From contig JAKQWZ010000019.1 in the NCBI GenBank assembly GCA_029561735.1, positions 19,388 to 83,387 on the forward strand: DNA of 64,000 nucleotides, in the 5' to 3' direction. The position numbers and the translations under genes were made by a program. The DNA is from Candidatus Omnitrophota bacterium (lineage in GTDB: Bacteria; Omnitrophota; Gorgyraeia; Gygaellales; Profunditerraquicolaceae). Shown in pieces: positions 19,830 through 29,685 of this stretch. Within the stretch, counting starts at the first letter, position 1. Each line of letters starts with the position of its first letter. Below the pieces are notes generated by a model. The model was not told where the DNA came from. It did not search any database and saw only the letters and a program-made list of their open reading frames with translations.

Positions 19830-20585
19830 TTAACCAAACCTTCCCGTAATATAATCTTCAGTTTGCTTGTTTTTTGGTGCTGTAAATATGTCTTGTGTCT
19901 TGCCGAATTCAATCAGTTCGCCTAAAAGCATAAATCCGGTATCGTCGGAAACCCTTGCTGCCTGCTGCATGCTGTGCGTGACTATTATTATAGTATAATT
20001 ATTTTTTAGTTCACGCATTAATTCTTCTATTCTGGCAGTTGCCTGCGGATCCAGCGTTGAACACGGCTCATCCATAAGCACTATATCCGGCTGCACGGCG
20101 ATTAACCGGGCAATGCATAACCTCTGCTTTTGCTCCAAAGAAAGGCTTAGCGCTGATTTTCTTAATTTATCCTTTAATTCATCCCATAAAAGCACGGATT
20201 TAAGGCTGTATTCCACGATGCCGTCAAGTTTGTCCCGGCTGATTTTGCCGGCATGCACCTTTTCTCCAAAAACAATATTTTCATAAATACTCAAGGGAAA
20301 AGGATTGGGCCGCTGAAAAACCATACCTACCTTTTTACGCAGCGCCACTAAGTCAACTCCCGGTTCAACCGCATTCCGGCCATCAATTAAAATCTGCCCG
20401 CCTATGCGCACGCCGTCAATCAGGTCATTCATCCGGTTGAATGTGCGCAACAGCGTAGACTTACCGCATCCGGATGGACCGATAATAGCGGTTATCCTGC
20501 GCTCCTCTATGCTTATATTGACATCTTTAAGGGCGTGGAAGTCTGCGTACCAGAGATTCAAACTATTAGTTGATATCTTAGCCAT
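19830..20585 (-). CDS. pstB: Phosphate ABC transporter ATPase, second copy, with a degenerate ABC signature motif
   Basis: Walker [10 protein letters not shown]. The signature reads [11 protein letters not shown] instead of the LSGGQQQRL seen in the adjacent copy. Confidence 0.8.
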   Translation of the reverse strand: MAKISTNSLNLWYADFHALKDVNISIEERRITAIIGPSGCGKSTLLRTFNRMNDLIDGVRIGGQILIDGRNAVEPGVDLVALRKKVGMVFQRPNPFPLSIYENIVFGEKVHAGKISRDKLDGIVEYSLKSVLLWDELKDKLRKSALSLSLEQKQRLCIARLIAVQPDIVLMDEPCSTLDPQATARIEELMRELKNNYTIIIVTHSMQQAARVSDDTGFMLLGELIEFGKTQDIFTAPKNKQTEDYITGRFG

Positions 20586-21331
20586 TAGCCAAACCTTCCC
20601 CTGATATACCCGTCGGTGCGCTGGTCTTTAGGGACCGTGAATATCCTGTCAGTGGTATCAATTTCAATTAATTCGCCTGATAGAAAAAACGCAGTCCTGT
20701 CTCCTACGCGCGCAGCCTGTTTAACATTGTTAGTGACAAGCACGATAGTGTATTCTTTTTTCAGCTCCAGCATCGCCTCTTCCACCTTGGCAGTAGAAAT
20801 CGGGTCCAGCCCTGAACAAGGCTCATCAAATAATATGACCTCCGGAGCTACTGCCAACGTCCGGGAAATGCACAAACGCTGCTGCTGGCCGCCGGACAGC
20901 TTAAATGCCGATTCATCAAGGCGGTCTTTTACTTCATCCCATAAGTATGATTGTTTTAAAGAACGTTCTACTATCTGGCCAATCTTTGCCTTATTTTTTA
21001 ATCCGTGCATCCTTATCCCGTAAGCGATATTTTCATAAATAGATAACGGCAGCGGCAGCGGCAAAGCAAATACCATTCCCACTCTTTTGCGTAAAGCTTC
21101 AACATCGGTATTCCTGATATTTAACCTGTCTAACTCAACGATCCCGCTCATCCTGAAATGCGGATTAAGCTCATTCAGCCGGTTTAGCATTCTGATAAAA
21201 GTGGTTTTTCCGCTATTAGAAGGCCCGATAATGCTAAGGATCTCATTCTGGCGCACCTCTATATTGACATTCTTAAGCGCCTGGGCTTTTTCAAACCACA
21301 CATTCAAATCATGCACTTCGAATTTTACCAT
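20585..21331 (-). CDS. pstB: Phosphate ABC transporter ATPase (canonical)
   Basis: Walker [10 protein letters not shown] and signature [13 protein letters not shown]. Confidence 0.85.
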   Translation of the reverse strand: MVKFEVHDLNVWFEKAQALKNVNIEVRQNEILSIIGPSNSGKTTFIRMLNRLNELNPHFRMSGIVELDRLNIRNTDVEALRKRVGMVFALPLPLPLSIYENIAYGIRMHGLKNKAKIGQIVERSLKQSYLWDEVKDRLDESAFKLSGGQQQRLCISRTLAVAPEVILFDEPCSGLDPISTAKVEEAMLELKKEYTIVLVTNNVKQAARVGDRTAFFLSGELIEIDTTDRIFTVPKDQRTDGYIRGRFG

Positions 21332-22173
21332 TTTTTCTTTTTCCTAAACCGGTAACGGATGATAATTGCCACTAAATTCATAAATAAAACTAAAACTAAT
21401 AACACCAGCGCAGTTCCATAGCGCACTTTCTCATCCACATTCGGGACCTGCGTCGAGATAACATACAAATGATACGGCAGGGCCATTGCCTGATCAAAGA
21501 TTGACTTGGGCAGCTGAGGCAGATAAAATGCCGCAACAGTAAAAAGTATCGGCGCAGTTTCTCCTGCGGCGCGGCCCAAACCAAGAATAGTTCCGGTCAA
21601 TATTCCGGGAATGGCATTGGGCAAGACAATGTGGCGGATAGTCTGCCATTTGCTTGCGCCCAAAGAAAGGCTTACTTCTCGAAATGACTGCGGAACACTT
21701 TCCAACGCTTCCCGCGACGTAGTAATTATTATCGGCAAGATCATTATGCCCAGAGTCAAAGAGCCGGAAAGAATAGACGCCCCGAATTTAAAGAATACAA
21801 CGAATAATGCCAGGCCAAAAAGTCCGTAGACCACAGACGGAACTCCGGATAAATTTACAATCGCCAGCCGGATAATCCGGGTCAAGAAATTATCCCGGGA
21901 ATATTCGCTTAAATATATGACCGCCAGCAGCCCTATAGGCAAAGCAAATACTATTGCCCCCAATACAAGATAAATCGTCCCTATTATTGCCGGAAAAATC
22001 CCCCCGGTACGCATGCCCTGGCGCGGGATATCCGATAAAAACTGCCAGTTTATCGCCGGCAAACCTTTTTGCACAATGATAACCACGATCATCCCTACCG
22101 GCACGACTATCAGAAGCGTTGCCAGAAGCATAAGGAAAAAAGCGATTTTTTGTGTCCTTTTAGTATTGCGCAT
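21325..22173 (-). CDS. pstA: Phosphate ABC transporter permease PstA
   Basis: 282 aa, polytopic, in pst operon order. Confidence 0.8.
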   Translation of the reverse strand: MRNTKRTQKIAFFLMLLATLLIVVPVGMIVVIIVQKGLPAINWQFLSDIPRQGMRTGGIFPAIIGTIYLVLGAIVFALPIGLLAVIYLSEYSRDNFLTRIIRLAIVNLSGVPSVVYGLFGLALFVVFFKFGASILSGSLTLGIMILPIIITTSREALESVPQSFREVSLSLGASKWQTIRHIVLPNAIPGILTGTILGLGRAAGETAPILFTVAAFYLPQLPKSIFDQAMALPYHLYVISTQVPNVDEKVRYGTALVLLVLVLFMNLVAIIIRYRFRKKKKW

Positions 22174-23036
22174 TATTGCCTCTTATGCAAAAATAAATCT
22201 GCCGTCACATTAATAATAAAACTTATCACAAACAAAACAATCCCTATTGCAAATAATGCAAAATAGTGTTCGCTCCCTACTACTGCCTCGCCCATTTCAG
22301 CGGCAATCGTAGCGGTTAAAGTACGCACCGGCTGCAAAATACTGTGCGGGATTATTGCGGAATTCCCGGTTATCATCATCACAGCCATAGTCTCGCCGAT
22401 AACCCTTCCTATCCCCAGCATCACAGCTGCCACAATGCCGCTGGATGCCGCAGGCAGCATTACGCGGTATATTGTCTGCCAATGAGTCGCACCAAGGGCA
22501 AAAGCCCCTTCTTTGTAATTTTTTGGCACTGAATATAAAGCATCTTCGGCAACTGAGACGATCGTCGGCATAGCCATAAAGGCAAGCATAATTGAGCCGG
22601 ACAAAGCAGTTAAACCTGTGGGCAGATGAAAAACGCTCTTTACCCACGGAACAAGAGTAACCATTCCGATAAAACCCAAAACAACACTGGGTATAGCGGC
22701 CAAAAGCTCAATTCCGGATTTTAATATTTCTTTGGTCTTTGAGGGCGCAACTTCGGAAATATATACGGCGCAGGCAACGCCTATAGGTATAGAAATTATA
22801 GCCGCGCCCAAAGTGACTAACAGAGAGCCTAAGATCAAGGGCATGATCCCCAGCTGGGCCGGTTCAGAAATAGGATACCAGCTCTTTCCGAAAATAAAAG
22901 CAAAGGGATTGACGCTCTTAAAAAGCGCCAATCCCTCTTTTAGCAGAAATAAAAAAATCAATACTACAAAAAATATTGCGGCTAAACCGCAGACAAGTAT
23001 TAATTTTTCTATGATAAATTCTTTCAGTTTACGCAT
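22173..23036 (-). CDS. pstC: Phosphate ABC transporter permease PstC
   Basis: 287 aa, polytopic, in pst operon order. Confidence 0.8.
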   Translation of the reverse strand: MRKLKEFIIEKLILVCGLAAIFFVVLIFLFLLKEGLALFKSVNPFAFIFGKSWYPISEPAQLGIMPLILGSLLVTLGAAIISIPIGVACAVYISEVAPSKTKEILKSGIELLAAIPSVVLGFIGMVTLVPWVKSVFHLPTGLTALSGSIMLAFMAMPTIVSVAEDALYSVPKNYKEGAFALGATHWQTIYRVMLPAASSGIVAAVMLGIGRVIGETMAVMMITGNSAIIPHSILQPVRTLTATIAAEMGEAVVGSEHYFALFAIGIVLFVISFIINVTADLFLHKRQ

Positions 23037-23053
23037 CTATTCCCGGTTTCCGG

Positions 23054-23905
23054 TTATTTTACCGGAACAAAATCCGTCTGCAGGACTATCTCCTGCCCTT
23101 CTTTTGACAGCGCATAATCTATGAATTTCTTTACCGCGCCTTGCGGCGCACCGTCAGTATATATAAACAGCGGCCTGGATATAGGATACTTTCCGCTGAC
23201 AACATTGCTTATTATAGGTTCTTCATATTCAGATTTTTCATCCTTGGCCACAAAAACAGCTTTCTGTTTAGGTGAAATATAACCCATACCATAATAACCG
23301 ATTGCCGACGGATTAGAAGCCACTTCATCTGCAATTGCCTGCGACGAAGGCAGCATAAGGGCTGAAGGAGCAAACTCCTCCCTGCTGTTAGGGTTATTGC
23401 CTCTTAACACATGTTCCTTAAAATAAACATGCGTCCCGGAATTGACTTCCCGCGATAATATTACTATTTTCTGGTCAACTCCGCCCACATCCTTCCAGTT
23501 GGTAATTCTTCCGCTAAAAATACCGGCCAGCTGTGCCAAAGTAAGCCTGCTTACGGGATTTTTCGGGCTGACTACTACTGCCAAGCCATCAAGGCCGACC
23601 TTTATCTCATTTGGATTTTTTCCCTTTTTTTGAGCAAGAGCTATCTCTTTTTCTTTGATATTTCTTGAACTCATCGCTATATCGCATGTTCCGCTGATAA
23701 GGCTGGAGAACCCGGTACCTGAACCACCCCCGGTTACTGCAATAAATTCAGCCGGGTTTTTTTCCATATACCTCTCTGCCCACGCCTGGGCAAGGTTAAC
23801 CATGGTGTCCGAACCTTTGATTTGTATCGCATCGCCGGCAGCAACAGACCTTATTAAACCTAACACTAATGATAGTATTAAAACTAAAATTGATTTTCTA
23901 AACAT
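23054..23905 (-). CDS. pstS: Phosphate-binding protein PstS
   Basis: 283 aa with a signal peptide and periplasmic binding-protein fold motifs (TGGGSGTG, SR). Confidence 0.8.
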   Translation of the reverse strand: MFRKSILVLILSLVLGLIRSVAAGDAIQIKGSDTMVNLAQAWAERYMEKNPAEFIAVTGGGSGTGFSSLISGTCDIAMSSRNIKEKEIALAQKKGKNPNEIKVGLDGLAVVVSPKNPVSRLTLAQLAGIFSGRITNWKDVGGVDQKIVILSREVNSGTHVYFKEHVLRGNNPNSREEFAPSALMLPSSQAIADEVASNPSAIGYYGMGYISPKQKAVFVAKDEKSEYEEPIISNVVSGKYPISRPLFIYTDGAPQGAVKKFIDYALSKEGQEIVLQTDFVPVK

Positions 23906-23953
23906 AGCTCCTCCCCTGTTTTAAATAGTATATGCTGTTTTGTTTAAATATAG

Positions 23954-23979
23954 ATGTAATCAATGTTAAATCAATGTAA
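23954..23979 (-). promoter_or_regulatory. Candidate Pho box upstream of pstS
   Basis: On the minus strand the sequence TTACATtgatt-TAACATtgat-TACATC gives three direct hexamer repeats at 10-11 bp periodicity, 50-75 nt upstream of the pstS ATG. This is the architecture of OmpR/PhoB/PhoP-family sites. Confidence 0.35.
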
Positions 23980-23981
23980 AA

Positions 23982-24650
23982 TCAGAAAGCTAACTTTAGG
24001 CGGGTGCCGAGTATATTGGCATCTATCCATTTACCATTACTGCCTTTATCGCTTTTGAGCATATAATAAAGCTCGGCTTTGAGATTTTTAAGCAGGCTCA
24101 TGCCTAACCCTGCTGAAAACCGGTTTTGATTTATTTGAGTAGTGCCTGCGCTGGCAAAGGGAGCCAGTATTTCATCGCTGATATACGGCCGAAGCTCTAA
24201 TTTCGTAAACTTCCATGGAAATTTAAGGGTAAATTTATTGCGGTATCTCCAGGAATCTGTTTTGAAATCAAAATTCCTGTATTCCAGGCGGCTGCGGCTA
24301 TCAAAAGAAAAACCAAACTTTTCTAAAAATAACGTGGCGGTTAAAAACGGCTCATTGGACTGCCTCCATTTATTCCCGGACAGTTCATAAACATCGCGGT
24401 ACCCGGCTCCAAGACCCCAATTCTGATTTAACCTATAGGATAACCCGATATCATAATGCTGATAAGAAAATTCGCCGGCATTGTCCATCCAACGGAATTC
24501 CTGCTCATAGGCGATTTTTAATTTTTTACTTACGCTCCACTCTAGAATATCGGTATTCCAGACTTGAAAATCATGGTTATCATAAGCATAAATACCGGAC
24601 GCAAACGAAAAAAATAATAACCCCAAAACCGCAAACTTAACCTTACGCAT
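23982..24650 (-). CDS. Putative small outer-membrane beta-barrel protein (possible Pho-regulated channel)
   Basis: 222 aa with a signal peptide (MRKVKFAVLGLLFFSFASGIYA), alternating amphipathic strands, an aromatic-rich sequence and a C-terminal Phe. Confidence 0.45.
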   Translation of the reverse strand: MRKVKFAVLGLLFFSFASGIYAYDNHDFQVWNTDILEWSVSKKLKIAYEQEFRWMDNAGEFSYQHYDIGLSYRLNQNWGLGAGYRDVYELSGNKWRQSNEPFLTATLFLEKFGFSFDSRSRLEYRNFDFKTDSWRYRNKFTLKFPWKFTKLELRPYISDEILAPFASAGTTQINQNRFSAGLGMSLLKNLKAELYYMLKSDKGSNGKWIDANILGTRLKLAF

Positions 24651-24729
24651 ATTGCCCTCCTTATTTGTAATTATACCACAGCCATTGATACCGATTATAA
24701 AATATGGCTATTAAATAGTATTGAGGAAT

Positions 24730-24752
24730 GGGTTAAATGTAGGTTAAATAAT
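24730..24752 (-). promoter_or_regulatory. Second candidate Pho-box-like direct repeat upstream of the outer-membrane protein gene
   Basis: The minus strand reads ATTTAACctacATTTAACc, a 7-nt repeat with a 4-nt spacer, ~85 nt upstream of the ATG. It shares the TTTAAC core with the pstS site and overlaps the phoR stop. Confidence 0.25.
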
Positions 24753-25856
24753 TAAAGGAAGGGTAAACCAAAATTTTGAACCGGCGCCTTCAACGCTGTC
24801 AACGCCTACTGTGCCCGCATGAAGCTCTACAATATGTTTGACTATGGATAATCCCAGGCCTGTACCGCCTAATTCCCGGGAGCGGGCCTTATCCACACGG
24901 TAAAAACGCTCAAATATCCGCGCAATATCCTTTGCCGGGATCCCTGCGCCTGAATCTTCAATTATAATCTTTATTTTATCACCAAGATCCTCTGCGGATA
25001 TCTTGATAAAACCTTTATCTTGGTTAAACTTAATAGCATTGTCAATCAAGTTAACTAAAACCTGCTCCAGCCTGTTTTTATCGGCCTTTACCGATAAGCC
25101 CTGCGGGATAATGTTTTCAGTAAGTATAGTTTTTTTCTTAAGCTGGGATTTAAAAGCCGACAAAATTTTATCTACAAACCCGCTTAACTTGATTTCTTCA
25201 AGCTCAAGCCCCGAATTTGAGGATTCTATGCAAGATAATTCCAACAAATCATTGATCAGGCTGTTTAATCTTCGGGTATGCTCTTTTATTATTTCCAAAA
25301 AATGCCGGCTGTTTTCTTTGTCTTCCAACGCACCTTCAAGCAGCGTTTCTACAAAACCGCTTATTGAGGTAAGCGGGGTCTTTAATTCATGCGAAACATT
25401 AGCTACAAAATCCCTGCGCATTGCTTCAAGCCTGCGTATTTCAGTTATGTCGTGAATAGCCAAGAGGCAGCCGCTGACTGCGCCTGCCTCAAAAAGAGGT
25501 GTAGCATTTAGCTGAAATATCCGCTTCACCGGCCAGACTAAATCCAGCTCCTTAGAGGCAGTTTGAGCGCTGCTTAAGACTGCGCTGGCTATCTCAAAAA
25601 TGTCATTATTTTTTATAACCTCAAGCAGGAGCCTGCCTTCAGCGTCTTTTTTTGAAATACCGAATATCTGCTCAATAGCCGGATTTATTGAAATGATATT
25701 AGCATGCCTGTCCACGGCAATAACGCCCTCAATCATACTATTTAAAATGGCCTGGATCTGATTGGCCTGTTTCTCAAGCTCTTGAATGCGGGAATTCAAG
25801 CCGGCAACCGCTGAATCAATTTTACGCTGAATTTCTTTATTGGTAGTAATTAACAT
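24744..25856 (-). CDS. phoR: Sensor histidine kinase, PhoR-like (PAS, HisKA, HATPase)
   Basis: H-box SHELKTPLTSI. N-box, G1 and G2 (GGTGLGLSIV) are present. Confidence 0.75.
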   Translation of the reverse strand: MLITTNKEIQRKIDSAVAGLNSRIQELEKQANQIQAILNSMIEGVIAVDRHANIISINPAIEQIFGISKKDAEGRLLLEVIKNNDIFEIASAVLSSAQTASKELDLVWPVKRIFQLNATPLFEAGAVSGCLLAIHDITEIRRLEAMRRDFVANVSHELKTPLTSISGFVETLLEGALEDKENSRHFLEIIKEHTRRLNSLINDLLELSCIESSNSGLELEEIKLSGFVDKILSAFKSQLKKKTILTENIIPQGLSVKADKNRLEQVLVNLIDNAIKFNQDKGFIKISAEDLGDKIKIIIEDSGAGIPAKDIARIFERFYRVDKARSRELGGTGLGLSIVKHIVELHAGTVGVDSVEGAGSKFWFTLPLII

Positions 25857-25858
25857 TT

Positions 25859-26554
25859 TTATTCTTCGCCCATTTCAAAACGGTATCCGTAATTCTTAAC
25901 TGTTGTTATCCGCTTGGCCTCGGATTTCAATTTTTTACGTAAAGTCCTGATATGGACATCCACTGTGCGGGTCTGAATCTCAATGGCATGGTCATAACCC
26001 CATATTGTATCAAGCAAAAAATCCCGGGATAAAACCCTGCCTTTAGCGCCAATCAATGTCTTTAACAGTTCAAATTCCTTGGAAGTCAATTCAACAGGCT
26101 TATTATTGATGCTTACAGCTATCCTGGAAAAATCAATGCTTATATTGCCGATATTTAATATCTCCGGCAGCTTCTCTTTATCTTTTACCCGCCGTAAAAC
26201 CGCCTTAATCCGGGCAATTATCTCCCGCGGGCTAAACGGCTTAGTAACATAATCATCCGCGCCCAATTCCAAACCCACGATTTTATCCGCTTCTTTAGAT
26301 TTAGCAGTAAGCATGATTATCGGGATACGGGAAGTTTTGTCCTCTTTTTTCAGCTGGCGGCACACCTCTAAACCGTCTATTTCCGGCAACATCAGGTCTA
26401 GCAAAATTATATCCGGCCGCTCACGCACAGCCATATCCAGGGCGTCCTCTCCGTCATAAGCAAGAAGCGTTCGATACCCTTCTTTTTTTAAATTATAATC
26501 CAGTAACTTAACAATGTCTTTCTCGTCATCCACAATCAGGATTTTCTCTTTCAT
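25859..26554 (-). CDS. phoB: OmpR/PhoB-family response regulator
   Basis: Receiver domain (DDEKDIV...LLDLMLP...K) and C-terminal winged helix (TVKNYGYRFE). Confidence 0.8.
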   Translation of the reverse strand: MKEKILIVDDEKDIVKLLDYNLKKEGYRTLLAYDGEDALDMAVRERPDIILLDLMLPEIDGLEVCRQLKKEDKTSRIPIIMLTAKSKEADKIVGLELGADDYVTKPFSPREIIARIKAVLRRVKDKEKLPEILNIGNISIDFSRIAVSINNKPVELTSKEFELLKTLIGAKGRVLSRDFLLDTIWGYDHAIEIQTRTVDVHIRTLRKKLKSEAKRITTVKNYGYRFEMGEE

Positions 26555-27237
26555 AGCATTCTCGCTTTACGGTCCTGCCGGCAGGCATTAACGCACACAC
26601 CGCAGATATACTGATCCACTAATTTATTTTTCTGAAATTCCTTCAATTTTTCAAAACACTTAATATGGTCAAAATCCTGCGGGCTATTTTTTATAGCTCC
26701 TGCCGGGCATAGATTAACACATAAACAACAGGCGCCGCAATCTCTTTTTAACGGTTTATCGGTTTTTAAAGGCATATCGGTCAGAATAGTGGCAAGCCTT
26801 AACTGGCTGCCCAGTTTTTCGCTGACTAGCAGATTATTCCTTCCTATCCATCCCAACCCGGCTAATTGCGCTAATTTTTTATGCGATAAATGCGCGGTCT
26901 GGTTCTGCCAATCAAGTATTACCGAAGCCGGTATAGGAAAAGCCAGAAAGCCTTTTCTTTGGATGTAATTGGCGATTCTTAAAGCCGTTTGGTCCAGAAA
27001 AGCATTGGCTGTACGGTAATGATGAAAATAAATTTTGGTAGGAGCGTCAATTATTTCCTCTAATACCGCCTTTGAAAGCCGCGCACCTAAACAGACGGCC
27101 TTATCCAGTTTTTTTGAAACATCCTCCTTAATTGCAAATTCTTTACGTATGGCCGAAATATCCGCCACACCAAATAGATCAAGCCCTGCCGCAAGGCTGA
27201 ATTTCTTCAGGTCAGAGTAGTTTTTATTTTTATCCAT
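26551..27237 (-). CDS. queG: Epoxyqueuosine reductase QueG-like short protein (4Fe-4S)
   Basis: AGLGWIGRNNLLVSEKLGSQL block and CGACCLCVNLCPAGAI ferredoxin motif. At 228 aa it is shorter than canonical QueG, which usually carries an additional N-terminal cobalamin-binding domain. Confidence 0.45.
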   Translation of the reverse strand: MDKNKNYSDLKKFSLAAGLDLFGVADISAIRKEFAIKEDVSKKLDKAVCLGARLSKAVLEEIIDAPTKIYFHHYRTANAFLDQTALRIANYIQRKGFLAFPIPASVILDWQNQTAHLSHKKLAQLAGLGWIGRNNLLVSEKLGSQLRLATILTDMPLKTDKPLKRDCGACCLCVNLCPAGAIKNSPQDFDHIKCFEKLKEFQKNKLVDQYICGVCVNACRQDRKARML

Positions 27238-29089
27238 GTATTTTTCTTAAATAAACCATCAGCAAGCTGATTGCCGCCGGAGTCACCCCTGAAATTCGGG
27301 ATGCCTGCCCCAGATTTACCGGTTTAAAATTCTTAAGTTTTTCTTTTATTTCCCGGGATAAACCGTTTATCCCGGAATAATCAATATTGCCGGGGATACG
27401 GATCTTTTCCAGATTTTTAAACTTAGCCACCTGCGCAGACTGCCTTTTAATGAACCCTTCATATTTTACCTCAATTTCTATCTCTTGTTTAGCAAAATCC
27501 GGGATGTTAACCCGGCTTATCCGGGAGATTTTATCCAGGCCCATCTGCGGGCGCCTTAATAATTCGGCCAGGCTGACAGGATGGCTTATTTCAGCTGTGT
27601 TAAAATCAGCTAAAGCAGAATTTATCTGCGTATTGGGTTTGACCCGGGTAGTTTTTAACAATCTTATTCCGCTAAGAATCGCTTTTTGTTTTCTTTGGTT
27701 AGCCAGATATACTTTTTTGTTAACCAGCCCGTATTCATAGCCGGTTTTGCACAACCGCAGGTCAGCATTATCTTCTCTTAGAAGCAGCCGGTATTCTACG
27801 CGCGAAGTAAACATCCTGTAAGGCTCTTCAGTGCCTTTGGTTGTCAGGTCATCAATCAATACGCCGATGTAACTTGACGCGCGGTCTAAAATTAATGCCC
27901 TTTTGCCTTTGATTTTGGCTGCGGCATTAATCCCGGCAATCAGGCCTTGAGCAGCTGCTTCTTCATAACCGGTTGTGCCGTTGATCTGGCCGGCCAGAAA
28001 TAAATTTTTGATTAATTTTGTTTCCAAAGTCGGGTATAACTGGGTCGGCTCAACCACAGCATGCTCTATGCCGTAACCGAACCGTAATACCTTTGCCTTT
28101 TCCAGCCCCTGTATTGAATGTATAATCTGAAGTTGGACTTCCTCCGGCAAACTGGTAGATATTCCATTGGGGTATATTCTGCTGCAATGTAGGCCTTCCG
28201 GCTCCAGGAACACCTGGTGGCGCGGCCTGTCAGGGAATTTTACTATCTTATCTTCTATTGACGGGCAATACCTTACTCCGGTTGCCTTGATAATCCCGGC
28301 ATAAAGAGGCGACTTGTCCAGATTATCCATTATAATCTTGTGGGTCTGGGGATTAGTATAAACAATATGGCAGGGGACCTGCCGGCGTGTTATTTTTTTA
28401 GTTAAGAATGAAAACGGCTTGGCCGGATTATCCGGCTCCTGGATAACAGCCTTTGAAAAATCAATGGTATTCTTATCCAGCCTGGGGCAGGTGCCTGTTT
28501 TAAACCTTAATAAATTAAAACCCAGACTTTTTAGCGATTCCCCCAGCCCTATGCTTGCCGGCTCATCAATGCGCCCGGCACTGCAATGTTTCATCCCCAC
28601 ATGGATAACTCCGTCAAGGAATGTCCCGGTACAGATAATTACTGTTTTAGAATAAAACTCTTGGCCTTCAGTGGCAACTCCGCTTGTTATGCCATCGCGG
28701 ACTAAAATCCTTTTGACTTCTGCTTCTTTAATATCAAGATTTTTTTGTTTTTTAAGCCTCTGCTGCATGTATTGAGAATACAGCTGCATATCAATTTGAG
28801 CGCGCGAAGAATGTACTGCTTTACCTTTAGAGGCATTCAAGATGCGGAACTGTATGCCGCAGGCATCTGCTGCCTTGGCCATTTCCCCGCCTAATGCGTC
28901 AATCTCCTTGACCAGCTGACCCTTGCCCACGCCGCCGATTGCCGGATTACAACTCATCAAGCCAATATTATTCTTTTTAAAAGTCAATACCAGCGTTTTA
29001 CAACCAAGGCGCGAGCTTGCCAGGGCAGCTTCAATACCAGCATGCCCAGCACCAATTATAATCACATCATACTCAGGGACGGTTCTCAT
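27230..29089 (-). CDS. mnmG: tRNA uridine 5-carboxymethylaminomethyl modification enzyme MnmG (GidA)
   Basis: 619 aa with FAD-binding N-terminus YDVIIIGAGHAGIEAA and MnmG blocks throughout. Confidence 0.9.
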   Translation of the reverse strand: MRTVPEYDVIIIGAGHAGIEAALASSRLGCKTLVLTFKKNNIGLMSCNPAIGGVGKGQLVKEIDALGGEMAKAADACGIQFRILNASKGKAVHSSRAQIDMQLYSQYMQQRLKKQKNLDIKEAEVKRILVRDGITSGVATEGQEFYSKTVIICTGTFLDGVIHVGMKHCSAGRIDEPASIGLGESLKSLGFNLLRFKTGTCPRLDKNTIDFSKAVIQEPDNPAKPFSFLTKKITRRQVPCHIVYTNPQTHKIIMDNLDKSPLYAGIIKATGVRYCPSIEDKIVKFPDRPRHQVFLEPEGLHCSRIYPNGISTSLPEEVQLQIIHSIQGLEKAKVLRFGYGIEHAVVEPTQLYPTLETKLIKNLFLAGQINGTTGYEEAAAQGLIAGINAAAKIKGKRALILDRASSYIGVLIDDLTTKGTEEPYRMFTSRVEYRLLLREDNADLRLCKTGYEYGLVNKKVYLANQRKQKAILSGIRLLKTTRVKPNTQINSALADFNTAEISHPVSLAELLRRPQMGLDKISRISRVNIPDFAKQEIEIEVKYEGFIKRQSAQVAKFKNLEKIRIPGNIDYSGINGLSREIKEKLKNFKPVNLGQASRISGVTPAAISLLMVYLRKIHG

Positions 29090-29097
29090 TTTACCTT

Positions 29098-29134
29098 GGG
29101 GACGGTTCTGAAATACCTCACAGAAGTGTCCCCT
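29098..29134. repeat. REP hairpin element (family A), left flank of the RAYT gene
   Basis: gggacggttctgaaatacctcacagaagtgtcccct. An imperfect palindrome in which GGGACGGTTCTG pairs with CAGAAGTGTCCC. Confidence 0.6.
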
Positions 29135-29196
29135 ATTTTAAAAATTATGTTAGAAATTAACATTTGTTGCGTCTATTATCATAGGAGGTGATAGAT

Positions 29197-29673
29197 ATGC
29201 CCAGAACAGCGCGGTTTACAATCGAAAATGGATATTACCATATTATCACAAGGGGAAATCAAAAACAAATTGTTTTCAAGGAAGAGACCGATTACACTAT
29301 TTACTTAAATATTCTAAACAAATACAGGAAGCGCTATAAGGCCAAACTCTACTGCTACTGCTTAATGCCAAATCATGTTCACTTGCTTTTAGAAGTTTCT
29401 GAACCTCAAGCTTTACGCAAATTCATGAGTGGATTAAACTTAAGCTATACGATATATTTCAATGCAAAATACAATAAAGTTGGTCATCTTTGGCAAGATA
29501 GATATATAAGCAGACTGATTCATAAAGATAAATATCTGCTGGATTGTATAAACTATATTGAAACCAATCCAATCCGGGCAAATCTGGTCCAAGATATCAC
29601 AATATATCCCTGGAGTAGCTATACGGCTAAAATGGATCAAAATAACAAAATGTTAGATGTACCCGAGATTTAA
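29197..29673 (+). mobile_element. REP-associated tyrosine transposase (RAYT, IS200/Y1 HUH family). The only plus-strand gene in the window.
   Basis: The HUH motif HVHLL and a downstream WQDRY tyrosine are present. AGGAGGTG lies 6 nt upstream of the ATG. The gene is flanked by inverted family-A REP hairpins, so it is not a TIR-bounded IS. Confidence 0.75.
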
Positions 29674-29685
29674 TAATTAGGCTAG

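Noticed and set aside
19820-19912. Longer PhoU start (MNSARHK...) overlapping pstB by 83 nt
   Set aside because: An internal ATG at 19817-19819 with an adjacent GGGAGG gives a PhoU of typical length beginning MERHFDE and removes the overlap.
22297-22647. 116-aa minus-strand ORF and other 60-150-aa ORFs inside or antisense to pstC, the Mrp subunits and other genes
   Set aside because: They lie within or opposite well-supported genes and have biased, low-complexity composition with no motifs. They are shadow ORFs.
29188-29673. Calling the RAYT locus a conventional IS200/IS605 insertion sequence
   Set aside because: No terminal inverted repeats and no tnpB are present. Instead the gene is bracketed by REP hairpins in inverted orientation, which is the REP/RAYT configuration. 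The GTG at 29188 overlaps the Shine-Dalgarno sequence, so the ATG at 29197 is preferred as the start.
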